NCBI GenBank assembly: GCA_038450185.1
Contig: GCA_038450185.1_4765.1
Length of the DNA stretch: 64,000 nucleotides
Origin: a phage
Reading direction: 5' to 3' (one strand)
Part shown: piece by piece, positions 7,378-16,095 of the stretch
Layout of the letters: each line of letters opens with the position of its first letter
How positions within the stretch are numbered: position 1 is the first letter of the stretch
Notes under the pieces: model-generated
What the model was told of the DNA's origin: nothing
What the model saw: the letters and a program-made list of their open reading frames with translations, nothing else
The model's database searches: none
Position numbers and translations under genes: made by a program

Positions 7378-7406
7378 AGTATAGGGGATCGGTGATCCCC
7401 TGTCAA
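7378..7406 (-). promoter_or_regulatory. early promoter cassette (TTGACA-17-TATACT), palindromic spacer
   Basis: Spacer GGGGATCACCGATCCCC on minus strand. Confidence 0.55.
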
Positions 7407-7419
7407 CAACTTTTTTGAA

Positions 7420-7896
7420 TTATTTTTCTTTATGCTCGCGCTCATACTTTTCGAAATAAAATTCTACTGGCTGGTCGTGGATTGACAGTAAGCCAAAGCG
7501 TTTAGCCGCTCGCAATCCCATATTGCGCTGAATGTACTTCTGGAAGTTCTCGCGTATACACTTACGCCAGTATTCTAAGCCCATACAGCTTTTATAAAGA
7601 TTGCATTGCACACATGCCGGATTCATGTTATCAAGTATATCATGCTCCGGTTTATGCATTCCTACAACCTTATACTTCCACGATCCATCATCATTACGGG
7701 CAATTCGTCCATTTTCATCATAGACTACCTTTGAGCGTCGCAATACTGGTTTGATGTGGTCTGCGTGCCAGCGATCCCCTAGTTCCTCGCCACAATAGGC
7801 ACAACGTCCACCATATTTCATTTTCAGGATCTGGCGTTGCTCTTTCTTTGACAATTTTTTAGGTTTAGGGGCTTTCGCCCCTTCATTATCACACAT
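7420..7896 (-). CDS. HNH endonuclease domain protein
   Basis: ORF track; CAYCGEEL...HADHIKP...CVQCNLYKS zinc-binding HNH signature; overlaps ligase gene by a few nt. Confidence 0.55.
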   Translation of the reverse strand: MCDNEGAKAPKPKKLSKKEQRQILKMKYGGRCAYCGEELGDRWHADHIKPVLRRSKVVYDENGRIARNDDGSWKYKVVGMHKPEHDILDNMNPACVQCNLYKSCMGLEYWRKCIRENFQKYIQRNMGLRAAKRFGLLSIHDQPVEFYFEKYEREHKEK

Positions 7897-9382
7897 CGAA
7901 TACCTCTTTTACTGTATTTGCAGTGGTCTTGTCGTAGCGAATACGTTTGATGATCGGGAGAAATAAAGAGAACTCCGGTTCATCTTCTTTACGTGATTTG
8001 CTGCGGATATACCCGTTGCATGTCATCTCAATGACTTTTCCAATCAGGTTATGACGGTCAGCCCATAACATTTCTCGGTCAAGTTCATTTCTACGATCGA
8101 ACGGAATCACACGTTCAATACCATCATCTTTTTCGGTTGTAGTGTCGGTCAATCCCGATCCGGTGTTGGTCATCATTCGTCCGCACGCACTACGGACAGT
8201 AAAACCGCCTACCTTATTAGGATCTTTACTATGCGGATATACATCAACAATTTCCGCGTCGAAGTCAATCACTTCTTTAAATTTAACCTGATCTTTACTG
8301 CGACGATCTTCAAATACACCATGCAGATTTTTAAGGATAATACCTTCTAATCCCATGTTTACATATCGATGATATACTTCGCGAGCTTCATCGATATTGT
8401 TAACTACAGTATTTTCGATTATCTGCACACGAGGATCGTTAAGTTCTTCAACAATCTGTTTTAGTTCTTCGAATCGATCTTTATATTGCTTCGTTGCTTT
8501 CTCGTTTCCGTAATACACATCACGGTTGATAACATCCCAGACAGTGTAAACAATACATTGGGCTTCTTCTTTTGGAATAGTTCCTTTCAGTGATTTGTTG
8601 AGGATACCATTTCCGGTCTGACGATCTGCAACAACGGATTCTTTTACTGCTTCCGCTACTGGCGTTAATGGCATTTCCTCTTCTTCAAATATCCATGACA
8701 GAGTACCATCATAAACGCTTTCAACGAAGTTCTGCGCTGGTGTTTGCGAAAGGGTAGGCATATATACCAATTCGCCATCTAGAACAATTCCACGGCCTCG
8801 TAGACGCTCTAAAACAGCAAACAAATCATCCAGCCCCTGATAGGTATTACCTGAACGGGTATATATTGCTAGTGTTTCCCCGTCAATATCAGCCATACCA
8901 CGAGCGCCATCACTTTTAAGTTGTGCATATGCCGGATATTTGATATTAGCAATAGCCTTATCAGAATATGACGATGCAAGGTGGCATGGTTGCTGTGGGA
9001 TCAGTTTCTTCCATACCTTGTTTGCAGTGGTAGCGGAACAACCGCATTCCAGATCACGATTCAGGACCATCATTGCAACTTTAGCATCATCTTCTGACAA
9101 GCAAGTCAGAGTATCGGTAACTAGTTGTAATGCAGCATTACCAGTTACTTGACGCGTGGCAAGTTTATTTTTAAAGACCTGTAATGCACCGGATAAAGAC
9201 AATACAGACGAATAACGCGATGGTTTATCGTATTTCTTTACGCCAAACGTAACCTGTTTGCAATATGCCAGATAAAAGCATTCTTTCAGCGTTTCATTGC
9301 TTGCAGATTCTTTCAGGATCTTTTCTTTCAGCGATGTTTTGTCTGTCGCTGCAAGCTGATTAATGATATTAAGAATTGACAT
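7889..9382 (-). CDS. 30: ATP-dependent DNA ligase (T4 gp30-like)
   Basis: ORF track 7889..9388, ATG at 9382 with GAGGTG SD; strong similarity to my recollection of T4 ligase (DLECG, AYAQLKSDGAR, GNGILNKSLKG, GLEGIILKN). Confidence 0.9.
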   Translation of the reverse strand: MSILNIINQLAATDKTSLKEKILKESASNETLKECFYLAYCKQVTFGVKKYDKPSRYSSVLSLSGALQVFKNKLATRQVTGNAALQLVTDTLTCLSEDDAKVAMMVLNRDLECGCSATTANKVWKKLIPQQPCHLASSYSDKAIANIKYPAYAQLKSDGARGMADIDGETLAIYTRSGNTYQGLDDLFAVLERLRGRGIVLDGELVYMPTLSQTPAQNFVESVYDGTLSWIFEEEEMPLTPVAEAVKESVVADRQTGNGILNKSLKGTIPKEEAQCIVYTVWDVINRDVYYGNEKATKQYKDRFEELKQIVEELNDPRVQIIENTVVNNIDEAREVYHRYVNMGLEGIILKNLHGVFEDRRSKDQVKFKEVIDFDAEIVDVYPHSKDPNKVGGFTVRSACGRMMTNTGSGLTDTTTEKDDGIERVIPFDRRNELDREMLWADRHNLIGKVIEMTCNGYIRSKSRKEDEPEFSLFLPIIKRIRYDKTTANTVKEVFDV

Positions 9383-9848
9383 TTTCACCTCGTTTTGTTA
9401 AACGTTCACGAATATCATTGAGGATACTACAAAATTCCGATTCGGTCAATATGGTCTTTAACGGATCAGTTCCACCTATACTATGACGTAATTTCTTATT
9501 TCCTGTAGCAAGTAATGCTTTACAAAATTCTGGGTTATTCCGTGCCATCGTAACAAATGCCAGATGTACCAGTCTGTAATAATGCTCACTCATTCGATGA
9601 ATCTGGCGACCCTGAAAATATAACATGTGATTCTCAATCTTTTCAGTTCTTCCGGTTCTTTTTGCTTTGCCACCGTGCATCAAAAAGATTTCTCTTTGTC
9701 TCTGAGGGTTCTTAAATCTTAGCCCCTGTAAAAATCCTTCTGTGCTGTTAATATCGCAACCAAATAGACGGAATGGTCTTTTATTGAAATTACTCAATTC
9801 ACCCGATGGATAAGGTCCACCCGCATAGATATCAATTTCAGAAGTCAT
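9369..9848 (-). CDS. putative NADAR / YbiA-like (DUF1768) protein
   Basis: ORF track; by-eye resemblance to YbiA-type pattern (ELSNFNKRPF, SEHYY, ALLATGNKKL, ILNDIRERL); not verified by search. Confidence 0.35.
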   Translation of the reverse strand: MTSEIDIYAGGPYPSGELSNFNKRPFRLFGCDINSTEGFLQGLRFKNPQRQREIFLMHGGKAKRTGRTEKIENHMLYFQGRQIHRMSEHYYRLVHLAFVTMARNNPEFCKALLATGNKKLRHSIGGTDPLKTILTESEFCSILNDIRERLTKRGENVNS

Positions 9849-10002
9849 TGAAACTAATCTCGCTAATCAGAGAGAACGGATCATAATCGTCATTAGGAAT
9901 ATCGATAGTAATCGAATGAGGATTTACCCATACACCAAACTGGTCTTCTTCGGTGAATACTTCGGTATGGATTTCGTGGATGTTTACATTCATAGTTTTC
10001 AT
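9838..10002 (-). CDS. hypothetical 54-aa protein (below ORF-track size cutoff)
   Basis: Hand translation: ATG 10002 with AAGGA SD, MKTMNVNIHEIHTEV..., stop 9838-9840. Confidence 0.3.
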   Translation of the reverse strand: MKTMNVNIHEIHTEVFTEEDQFGVWVNPHSITIDIPNDDYDPFSLISEISFNDF

Positions 10003-10047
10003 AATAAAATTCCTTAATAATCAATAACTTACAAAATCATATAGCCA

Positions 10048-10073
10048 AAATATAGGCGGGATTATTTCCCGCC
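10048..10073 (-). terminator. intrinsic terminator after gene 31
   Basis: GGCGGGA-ttatt-TCCCGCC hairpin, U-rich tail on minus strand. Confidence 0.5.
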
Positions 10074-10084
10074 GTTTAAAATCA

Positions 10085-10408
10085 TTAACCGTAAACTACC
10101 ACAATATTCTGTTTGTGCGTTACAGTCCATTTCAGGTCGATCTCTTCTTCCTTCTTAACGCCGTTAATAACGTCTGGATGAGGAACTTTATTCATCTTTC
10201 CATGTGGCAGTAGAACAGTTTTACCCAGCAACTCTTTATCTACCGTTTCACCAATATCAATAATCTTACCTACCAGCGGAATCTCGCCCATAGTGCGCTT
10301 TTGCTCAATAATGATCCCCATAGAGCTTTTTACTTCGGTCCCTGCGCTTTCTGCTTTAGCTTCGATAATTACATAATCACCAAGTGCTTTAGGAGTTTTA
10401 ACGGTCAT
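10085..10408 (-). CDS. 31: co-chaperonin GroES-like (T4 gp31-like)
   Basis: ORF track; about 107 aa at the position between ligase and cd as in T4; pattern loosely matches gp31. Confidence 0.55.
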   Translation of the reverse strand: MTVKTPKALGDYVIIEAKAESAGTEVKSSMGIIIEQKRTMGEIPLVGKIIDIGETVDKELLGKTVLLPHGKMNKVPHPDVINGVKKEEEIDLKWTVTHKQNIVVVYG

Positions 10409-10449
10409 AATTTTATTACCTCTTCAAATCAATACAGTTTAATGATGAA

Positions 10450-10764
10450 TTATTTATAAATTTCGACGATCTGCGCTGGAGTCAGCCCGTCTACATTAAT
10501 CAGACTATCAAGCCCAAAACTACGGAAACCTTCAACTGCAATTTCATATACTGGCAAAGATGTTTCTGATTCTTTATGCGGTTTTTCAACATTCGGAACT
10601 AACCACTTTTCGTATGTTTCAAACGGCATCAGTGCCGGATCTCGCGTGGCGATCATCTCACGGACAGTACCATCTTTCTTAGTAAACTGTAAAGAGTGAG
10701 TACCTACAGCAAGCATTTTCTTTAGTGCTTCACGAAGTGCGATATTATCAATTTGTTCAGTCAT
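10450..10764 (-). CDS. hypothetical protein
   Basis: ORF track 10450..10770 (TTG); ATG at 10764. Confidence 0.4.
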   Translation of the reverse strand: MTEQIDNIALREALKKMLAVGTHSLQFTKKDGTVREMIATRDPALMPFETYEKWLVPNVEKPHKESETSLPVYEIAVEGFRSFGLDSLINVDGLTPAQIVEIYK

Positions 10765-11263
10765 TATCAATACCCTTCAAATCAGTCAATAATGCTTTTG
10801 GAATACGCGTAACCGTAATGTCGGCTTTATCCAAAATATCAGCCCAATCACGCCCACCATTTCGGTCGTATGTATCGCAATAGTATAGATGTTTAATACC
10901 ACTGTTTGCAATTGCTTTAGCGCAATCTGGACACGGTGAAGCAGTACACCACATACTAGCGCCTTCAATCGATACACCGCTACGGGCAGCAAACAAAATA
11001 GCATTTAATTCAGCGTGGATCTCGTTTTTCTGTGACCATGCACTATGTTCTGGTCGTTTTTCTGGGATCATTTTACCGTCACCATCCAGCCAACCGCTTT
11101 TATGTGCATGACAGCTACAATTTACTTGCCCTGCTGGAGTGCCATTAAATCCAGTAGAAATGATTCGCCCGTCTTTTTCAATTAGTGCGCCTACCTTCCA
11201 CGAAACACATTTAGAGTTCTTTGCGATTAGATAGGCGATCTGCATGTAAGTTTGTGACAACAT
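10757..11263 (-). CDS. cd: dCMP deaminase
   Basis: ORF track; zinc-binding deaminase motifs HAELNAILFAA and PCPDCAKAI. Confidence 0.85.
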   Translation of the reverse strand: MLSQTYMQIAYLIAKNSKCVSWKVGALIEKDGRIISTGFNGTPAGQVNCSCHAHKSGWLDGDGKMIPEKRPEHSAWSQKNEIHAELNAILFAARSGVSIEGASMWCTASPCPDCAKAIANSGIKHLYYCDTYDRNGGRDWADILDKADITVTRIPKALLTDLKGIDND

Positions 11264-11284
11264 AATATAATCCTCACATATTAA

Positions 11285-11488
11285 TTAACCGTATACGCGA
11301 AAGTATTCTACTGATCCGTCGCTATATTGTTTTACATTGAATGTATTCACGCCATGATCATTGCTCATAATGACATACACACTGCGACGCTCATCACTAA
11401 ACGGGTTAACTGGTGCTGGTTCAATTTCAACATTAAAACCACGTTTAGCAAGTGCTTCGCCTAATTTCTTGAGTTTATCGGTAAACAT
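11285..11488 (-). CDS. hypothetical protein
   Basis: ORF track; ATG 11488. Confidence 0.4.
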   Translation of the reverse strand: MFTDKLKKLGEALAKRGFNVEIEPAPVNPFSDERRSVYVIMSNDHGVNTFNVKQYSDGSVEYFRVYG

Positions 11489-12366
11489 TAAAAGTCTCCG
11501 TAGTTAACCTGAAAACATTCTACACCAATTGAGCGGTACATGTCAACCACTTGATCACGGTCATCTACTGCCAAAACAACATGATATCGCGGTGCAATTT
11601 CAGAGAAGAAAATCTCTTTCTTTACTTCATGATCAGGACGACGATCATTAGTTTCACGTTGAAAGTGATCACTAGGTTCAATACCCTGTTCACGCAACCA
11701 TTGCAGAGTATCTTCTTCGCAAACATCCTCACGCCCTGAGCATGTAATGATACGATAGCCATTATCACGATACAGTTTAAGCATTTCGACCACTTGCTGA
11801 CGTGGTTTATCTTCTTTGACCTTTGTCCAGTCAAACGGATGACGACCGCCCTTATCCGCTAATGTTCCATCAATATCAAAGATCACTGCCTTTGGCAGCA
11901 TAGTATTCGGTTTGTATACTTCTTGACCCATATATTCCTGCATCAGATAAAATTGGTTGCGCAAATGAGAAAGTGGAATTGCTTTCTCGCCGCGATAGAA
12001 ATTACGTTTCTTTAGTGTCTCAAATGATTCATTGAACACTTGTTCAGTATACACCGCGTTAAATTCTTTTGCAAGTTCTTTGTAGAATACACGATGTTTT
12101 TCTTTCAGGTTAGTATCAGAGATAATGATACTTAATCCGCGTGATAGAGTCTCACGAGCAATCATTCTCTGAATAGACTCTACCAGCTTTTCCTTTTCCT
12201 TAGTATATTTGTATTTCAAAAGTGAGTCAACACCAAACAACATAAGACGAAGGTCATCACGATTCACATTACGATAATTACTAAACCTTTTACATGTTTC
12301 CATAGCCCATGTAGTTTTACCGGACCCAGAACAACCAACGGTTAAAATCACTTCACATTTCGGCAT
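11488..12366 (-). CDS. pseT: polynucleotide 5'-kinase / 3'-phosphatase
   Basis: ORF track 11488..12387, ATG 12366 with AGGAG SD; P-loop GCSGSGKTTWA plus HAD motif FDIDGTLAD. Confidence 0.85.
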   Translation of the reverse strand: MPKCEVILTVGCSGSGKTTWAMETCKRFSNYRNVNRDDLRLMLFGVDSLLKYKYTKEKEKLVESIQRMIARETLSRGLSIIISDTNLKEKHRVFYKELAKEFNAVYTEQVFNESFETLKKRNFYRGEKAIPLSHLRNQFYLMQEYMGQEVYKPNTMLPKAVIFDIDGTLADKGGRHPFDWTKVKEDKPRQQVVEMLKLYRDNGYRIITCSGREDVCEEDTLQWLREQGIEPSDHFQRETNDRRPDHEVKKEIFFSEIAPRYHVVLAVDDRDQVVDMYRSIGVECFQVNYGDF

Positions 12367-12821
12367 TATTTCTCCTTCGGTTTGCACCGTTCCTCATTAA
12401 GTTCTTTTCGATAATAACACATGATCAACTTACTTTCAAGTGTATATCTCTTAATATCCGCAAGCCAGACTCTGAATTTTTGGGAGTCCTCCCACGACAT
12501 AGAAACTCTAGGTTTACCGTCTATTGTATCCACTTTCAGGTCAATGTCAACTTTTTCTATTGGTGCTGGTAGTGGAGGATGTAATTTCGGTTCCTGTGAA
12601 TAATGGTCCATTGTACACGAAGAAAGAGCAAATACAATAGGTACAGCGCAGACATGGATTATGGCGGTCTGAAAATTCTTATGTGCTTTCTTAAACATCC
12701 AGTGTATCACGAAAATTGAAAACACCATCAGGATAATAATAATGCTTGCACCTATCCCCAGATAATCAACAAGATTAAAATTGTTTATCTGCTCTTGCGT
12801 AGACAATATTTCTATGCTCAT
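12366..12821 (-). CDS. membrane protein, possible o-spanin-like lipoprotein
   Basis: ORF track; ATG 12821 with AAGGAGG SD; N-terminal TM segment and internal lipobox-like FALSSC; position matches T4 pseT.2. Confidence 0.3.
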   Translation of the reverse strand: MSIEILSTQEQINNFNLVDYLGIGASIIIILMVFSIFVIHWMFKKAHKNFQTAIIHVCAVPIVFALSSCTMDHYSQEPKLHPPLPAPIEKVDIDLKVDTIDGKPRVSMSWEDSQKFRVWLADIKRYTLESKLIMCYYRKELNEERCKPKEK

Positions 12822-13141
12822 TTAGTCGCCTCCTTTAATTCTTCGGTAAACTCCTTAAATGAATCATTAAGCTGTTTCTCTACCAACTTGGGTTTTTGTG
12901 CTACTACATAGCCTCGTGTAGCGTCTTTCATTGCTTTGTTTTGTTCTTCTGCAAACTTAGTTCTTATTCCGTACATCTCCTTTTGTAGTGAGTCTACGAC
13001 CTTCATCTTTTCATCTGTCTTTTTCTTATATTCTGTAAATTCCTGATTCAGTCGATCTACCTCTTTTTTATTTTCCCACCACATATTGCCACCCACCCCC
13101 AGCAATACAGATATGATAACAATGTATATCAGCTTTGACAT
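12818..13141 (-). CDS. i-spanin-like protein (N-terminal TM, periplasmic coiled coil)
   Basis: ORF track 12818..13192 trimmed to ATG 13141 (MSKLIYIVIISVLLGVGG...); charged helical C-terminus; position matches T4 pseT.3. Confidence 0.4.
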   Translation of the reverse strand: MSKLIYIVIISVLLGVGGNMWWENKKEVDRLNQEFTEYKKKTDEKMKVVDSLQKEMYGIRTKFAEEQNKAMKDATRGYVVAQKPKLVEKQLNDSFKEFTEELKEATK

Positions 13142-13156
13142 ATTACCCCCAACGAC

Positions 13157-13180
13157 AAAAGGCGGGGAACTAGCCCCGCT
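13157..13180 (-). terminator. hairpin after rnlA
   Basis: GCGGGG-aacta-CCCCGC with short U-run on minus strand. Confidence 0.4.
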
Positions 13181-13185
13181 TATTA

Positions 13186-14355
13186 TTACCAATCAATCTT
13201 ATCAGCCGGAATAAGTTTCTTATAATTCCGTAGATAGTAAGTTTTCATTGAATCCATAATACGGTCATAATCAAGACCATCAAATGCAATCATCAGACAC
13301 ATGAAAATATATGCTTGTGCATCACCGTGTTTACGTGATTCGATAGTCGCATTTGATGCATATGTCTTTCTGTCTTCTCCCGCGTGTGCGTTATAAAATT
13401 CTGTTGCTGTCGTGAAGGCATTGCGAAGAATAGACCTGAATGCTTCCTCGAATAGCTCGATTCGTTCCATTGCTTCCGGTTCGCCTTCATATGCAGCACG
13501 CAAATCATCGGTTTCGCTTTCTACGACATAGTAGATCAGGTTATTAGGAAACATCGATGTGTTTTTAATGTTGTGCACACCAATATACCATTCACTCTTC
13601 ACTTTGAACATTTGACCGTCTTTAGTGCGGGCAACAATTCCTTCGATACCTTCTGCGATCCTAACTTCATCAAGAATATTGCTAAAACGCGCTGAATCAA
13701 CCTGTAACGCATTTACCAGATGAGGACGTAGGATTGCGTCAGCAAATAGCATTTGATGCGGTACGTACTCTCCTGTGACGTTATGGCGTACATTCAGAAG
13801 TGTTAGCGACGGTTCAGAATATTCTACAACAATTCGGTTGCTGGGTGCTGTATATTCAAAGTTGAAAGTATAATCAGACCCAATATCAGCAATCTTAGCG
13901 CGTAGATCCGCATACTTCTCTGAATACAGAAGACCGTTTGCTCTCTCTGCCTGGCTTGAGTACAAGGCCGCTTTAGACTTCAACTGAACATAGCCGTTAT
14001 CAATGTATGTGCTTACTAGACTACCGTCCATTTTGTCCATGACCATTTCCACATCTTCCGGCTTAAAGCGAGCGCGATCATTCTCGCCCAAATTAAAAAA
14101 CTTCTCCATAGGACGAGATGCAATGCGGATCGGACGACCTTTATCGTCAATTTCAAACATGATCCCGCGACACTCTAACGCATCTGGTTTATTCCACATT
14201 TCAGGTTTGCTCAAGTACAGATAACTAAAAATGCGCATACGGGTTTGCATCGCCGTAATTTCATCTTTGTAATAGAACGTATCAGATCCGTCACATAGTG
14301 CCATCAGATTTTTGAACAATGCTAAAACTTTTTTGTTGTTTTCTTTTGTTGACAT
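13186..14355 (-). CDS. rnlA: RNA ligase 1
   Basis: ORF track; similarity to recalled T4 Rnl1 (LECRGIMFE, RIASRPMEKFFNL, DGSLVSTY, FEYTAPSNRIV). Confidence 0.8.
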   Translation of the reverse strand: MSTKENNKKVLALFKNLMALCDGSDTFYYKDEITAMQTRMRIFSYLYLSKPEMWNKPDALECRGIMFEIDDKGRPIRIASRPMEKFFNLGENDRARFKPEDVEMVMDKMDGSLVSTYIDNGYVQLKSKAALYSSQAERANGLLYSEKYADLRAKIADIGSDYTFNFEYTAPSNRIVVEYSEPSLTLLNVRHNVTGEYVPHQMLFADAILRPHLVNALQVDSARFSNILDEVRIAEGIEGIVARTKDGQMFKVKSEWYIGVHNIKNTSMFPNNLIYYVVESETDDLRAAYEGEPEAMERIELFEEAFRSILRNAFTTATEFYNAHAGEDRKTYASNATIESRKHGDAQAYIFMCLMIAFDGLDYDRIMDSMKTYYLRNYKKLIPADKIDW

Positions 14356-14752
14356 AATTTGTGTTCCATTCTGGTTTAAATTTGGTGATCAAAACAGGTT
14401 CTTCGATATCGGCAGTGCTTATAATATCCTTACCCGTTGGATTCTCGATGTACAACTCAAAGCACTGTCGGTAATAGAATGTTACTGTCTTACCTTCCTC
14501 TAGCGCCTTATGAATATTCTTACTCTTGCGAGTATCCGCTGTTGGTGTTTGTCTGTTAATGCTAGTCCGGTAATAATTGATCCTCTTTCTGAGATTGACA
14601 GTCTGACCAATGTATACCAGTTCATCATCAACCGCAATAGCGTAAAGAACATTTAAACGGTTCTTCTGAGGCGGCAGAATCACATCACCATCTTTACACT
14701 CTAAACATGAATATTTAACGAATCCATAGTTTTCTATTAGCTCATTAATCAT
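14291..14752 (-). CDS. denA: endonuclease II (GIY-YIG)
   Basis: ORF track; YAIAVDDELVYIGQTVNLRKRINYYR matches T4 EndoII GIY-YIG core. Confidence 0.75.
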   Translation of the reverse strand: MINELIENYGFVKYSCLECKDGDVILPPQKNRLNVLYAIAVDDELVYIGQTVNLRKRINYYRTSINRQTPTADTRKSKNIHKALEEGKTVTFYYRQCFELYIENPTGKDIISTADIEEPVLITKFKPEWNTNYVNKRKQQKSFSIVQKSDGTM

Positions 14753-14770
14753 TATCCTTTCCTCACGTCA

Positions 14771-14795
14771 CAACAAAGGCGGGATTTCTCCCGCC
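14771..14795 (-). terminator. hairpin after gene 14803..15201
   Basis: GGCGGGA-tttc-TCCCGCC with UUUGUUG on minus strand. Confidence 0.4.
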
Positions 14796-14802
14796 CACCT
14801 TA

Positions 14803-15201
14803 TTAACTTTCCAGAATATCGCGAGCTTCGTTACGCTCCTTGATGATTTTCAGGACAAATTCCAGTTTTTCTTTGTTTAGTGTTCCGTTTTCCATTGCTT
14901 CTTTGACGGTAAACACTCCTCCACCTTGCCCGTATACAGTGACAGTGATTTCACCTAACATCGTGGTGTGAAAACCGCCAATTTTCGGTGATTCGAAAGA
15001 AACAATTACCTCGCGGACAGTATTGCCGTCGTTGATTTCTGAGAGGGTAATGTCGTTTTTGTAGGCGGTTGCTTTAACCATACGGATCAGCATAGTCTGA
15101 TCTGGGGAGATGGTCATTTTGTCCATTGCATGTTGCAATGCAGCGTAACCGAAAACTTTAACGAAGTCCAGAACGTCTTTGCGAGTTTGAAAATTAATCA
15201 T
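14803..15201 (-). CDS. hypothetical protein
   Basis: ORF track; ATG 15201 with AAGGAG SD; promoter cassette upstream. Confidence 0.45.
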   Translation of the reverse strand: MINFQTRKDVLDFVKVFGYAALQHAMDKMTISPDQTMLIRMVKATAYKNDITLSEINDGNTVREVIVSFESPKIGGFHTTMLGEITVTVYGQGGGVFTVKEAMENGTLNKEKLEFVLKIIKERNEARDILES

Positions 15202-15234
15202 CTTGATACTCCTTAGTTGTTTTGGTATGGGAGT

Positions 15235-15263
15235 ATCTTACTACTCCCGTGATATGCTGTCAA
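15235..15263 (-). promoter_or_regulatory. early promoter cassette (TTGACA-17-TAAGAT) with palindrome across -10
   Basis: GGGAGTATCTTACTACTCCC palindrome. Confidence 0.45.
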
Positions 15264-15271
15264 CTGCTTTT

Positions 15272-15421
15272 TTATGCAACCGCAAACATCAACATTTGAA
15301 CATTCTTGGCTGTCTGGCTTTCAAAGTTCTGACATTCTTTGATAATGTCCTCTACTTTCTCGCCGGAGATCTCCGCGTAAGTTTCGATTGCCATTTTCAG
15401 TACCGCGTCAAAGTTGTTCAT
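15272..15421 (-). CDS. hypothetical 49-aa protein (below ORF-track size cutoff)
   Basis: Hand translation: ATG 15421 after GGAGAATCAAA RBS, MNNFDAVLKMAIETYAEISGEKV..., stop 15272-15274. Confidence 0.35.
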   Translation of the reverse strand: MNNFDAVLKMAIETYAEISGEKVEDIIKECQNFESQTAKNVQMLMFAVA

Positions 15422-15459
15422 TTGATTCTCCTTAAAGTGTATTTCGTTTCGATGGGGGT

Positions 15460-15488
15460 ATATTACTACCCCCGTTTCATGCTGTCAA
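15460..15488 (-). promoter_or_regulatory. early promoter cassette (TTGACA-17-TAATAT) with palindrome across -10
   Basis: GGGGGTATATTACTACCCCC palindrome. Confidence 0.45.
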
Positions 15489-15707
15489 CTACTTTTTAAT
15501 GACAAGTTCGAATTTTGCTACCTTGCGTCCTCGTTTATTGAAAGCAACCCACGGACGGTTTTCAATGTAGAACAATTCTTCGCCAATAATGAATACTGGC
15601 TGATTGTAAAGGCGACCCATCAGGTCACGCTGGCGAATGGTAGTAGATTCGTATACTTCTCCCACTACAAAGTGTTTGCTGATAGAGTCGGTGCAAGTAA
15701 ATTTCAT
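15489..15707 (-). CDS. hypothetical protein
   Basis: ORF track; ATG 15707; promoter cassette upstream. Confidence 0.45.
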   Translation of the reverse strand: MKFTCTDSISKHFVVGEVYESTTIRQRDLMGRLYNQPVFIIGEELFYIENRPWVAFNKRGRKVAKFELVIKK

Positions 15708-15740
15708 TTTGATTCTCCTTTGTTTCGTTTCGATGGGGGT

Positions 15741-15769
15741 ATATTACTACCCCCGTTATTCAGTGTCAA
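15741..15769 (-). promoter_or_regulatory. early promoter cassette (TTGACA-17-TAATAT) with palindrome across -10
   Basis: Identical core to cassette at 15460. Confidence 0.45.
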
Positions 15770-15776
15770 CTACTTT

Positions 15777-15995
15777 TTACTTGTTGTATTCATTCCACCA
15801 TTGGGTTAGCTTATCAATTATTTTTGTGTTTCTATCCAACTTCTCCCACCGTTTTCTAGGGTTTATCAACCGGAATAGGTAAGGTGTACTTGTTAAGTGA
15901 ACTCGGTCAATGTAGTGATTGATGTACTGCTTTTCGATTCTAAGTTTCATCTTTTTACGATGAAAATATGCAATGACTTGTTCTTCTGTTTCCAT
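15777..15995 (-). CDS. hypothetical protein
   Basis: ORF track; ATG 15995; promoter cassette upstream. Confidence 0.45.
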   Translation of the reverse strand: METEEQVIAYFHRKKMKLRIEKQYINHYIDRVHLTSTPYLFRLINPRKRWEKLDRNTKIIDKLTQWWNEYNK

Positions 15996-16019
15996 ATGTT
16001 CCTCCGTTTCGATGTGCGT

Positions 16020-16048
16020 ATTATGCTATGGCAAGATCTGATTGTCAA
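16020..16048 (-). promoter_or_regulatory. early promoter cassette (TTGACA-17-CATAAT)
   Basis: Hexamers at correct spacing upstream of gene starting 15995. Confidence 0.5.
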
Positions 16049-16057
16049 CACCCAATA

Positions 16058-16083
16058 ACAAAAAAGTCGCCACTATGGGCGAC
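16058..16083 (-). terminator. intrinsic terminator
   Basis: GTCGCC-actatg-GGCGAC hairpin flanked by AAAAAA (T-run on minus). Confidence 0.55.
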
Positions 16084-16095
16084 TTTGAACAAACA

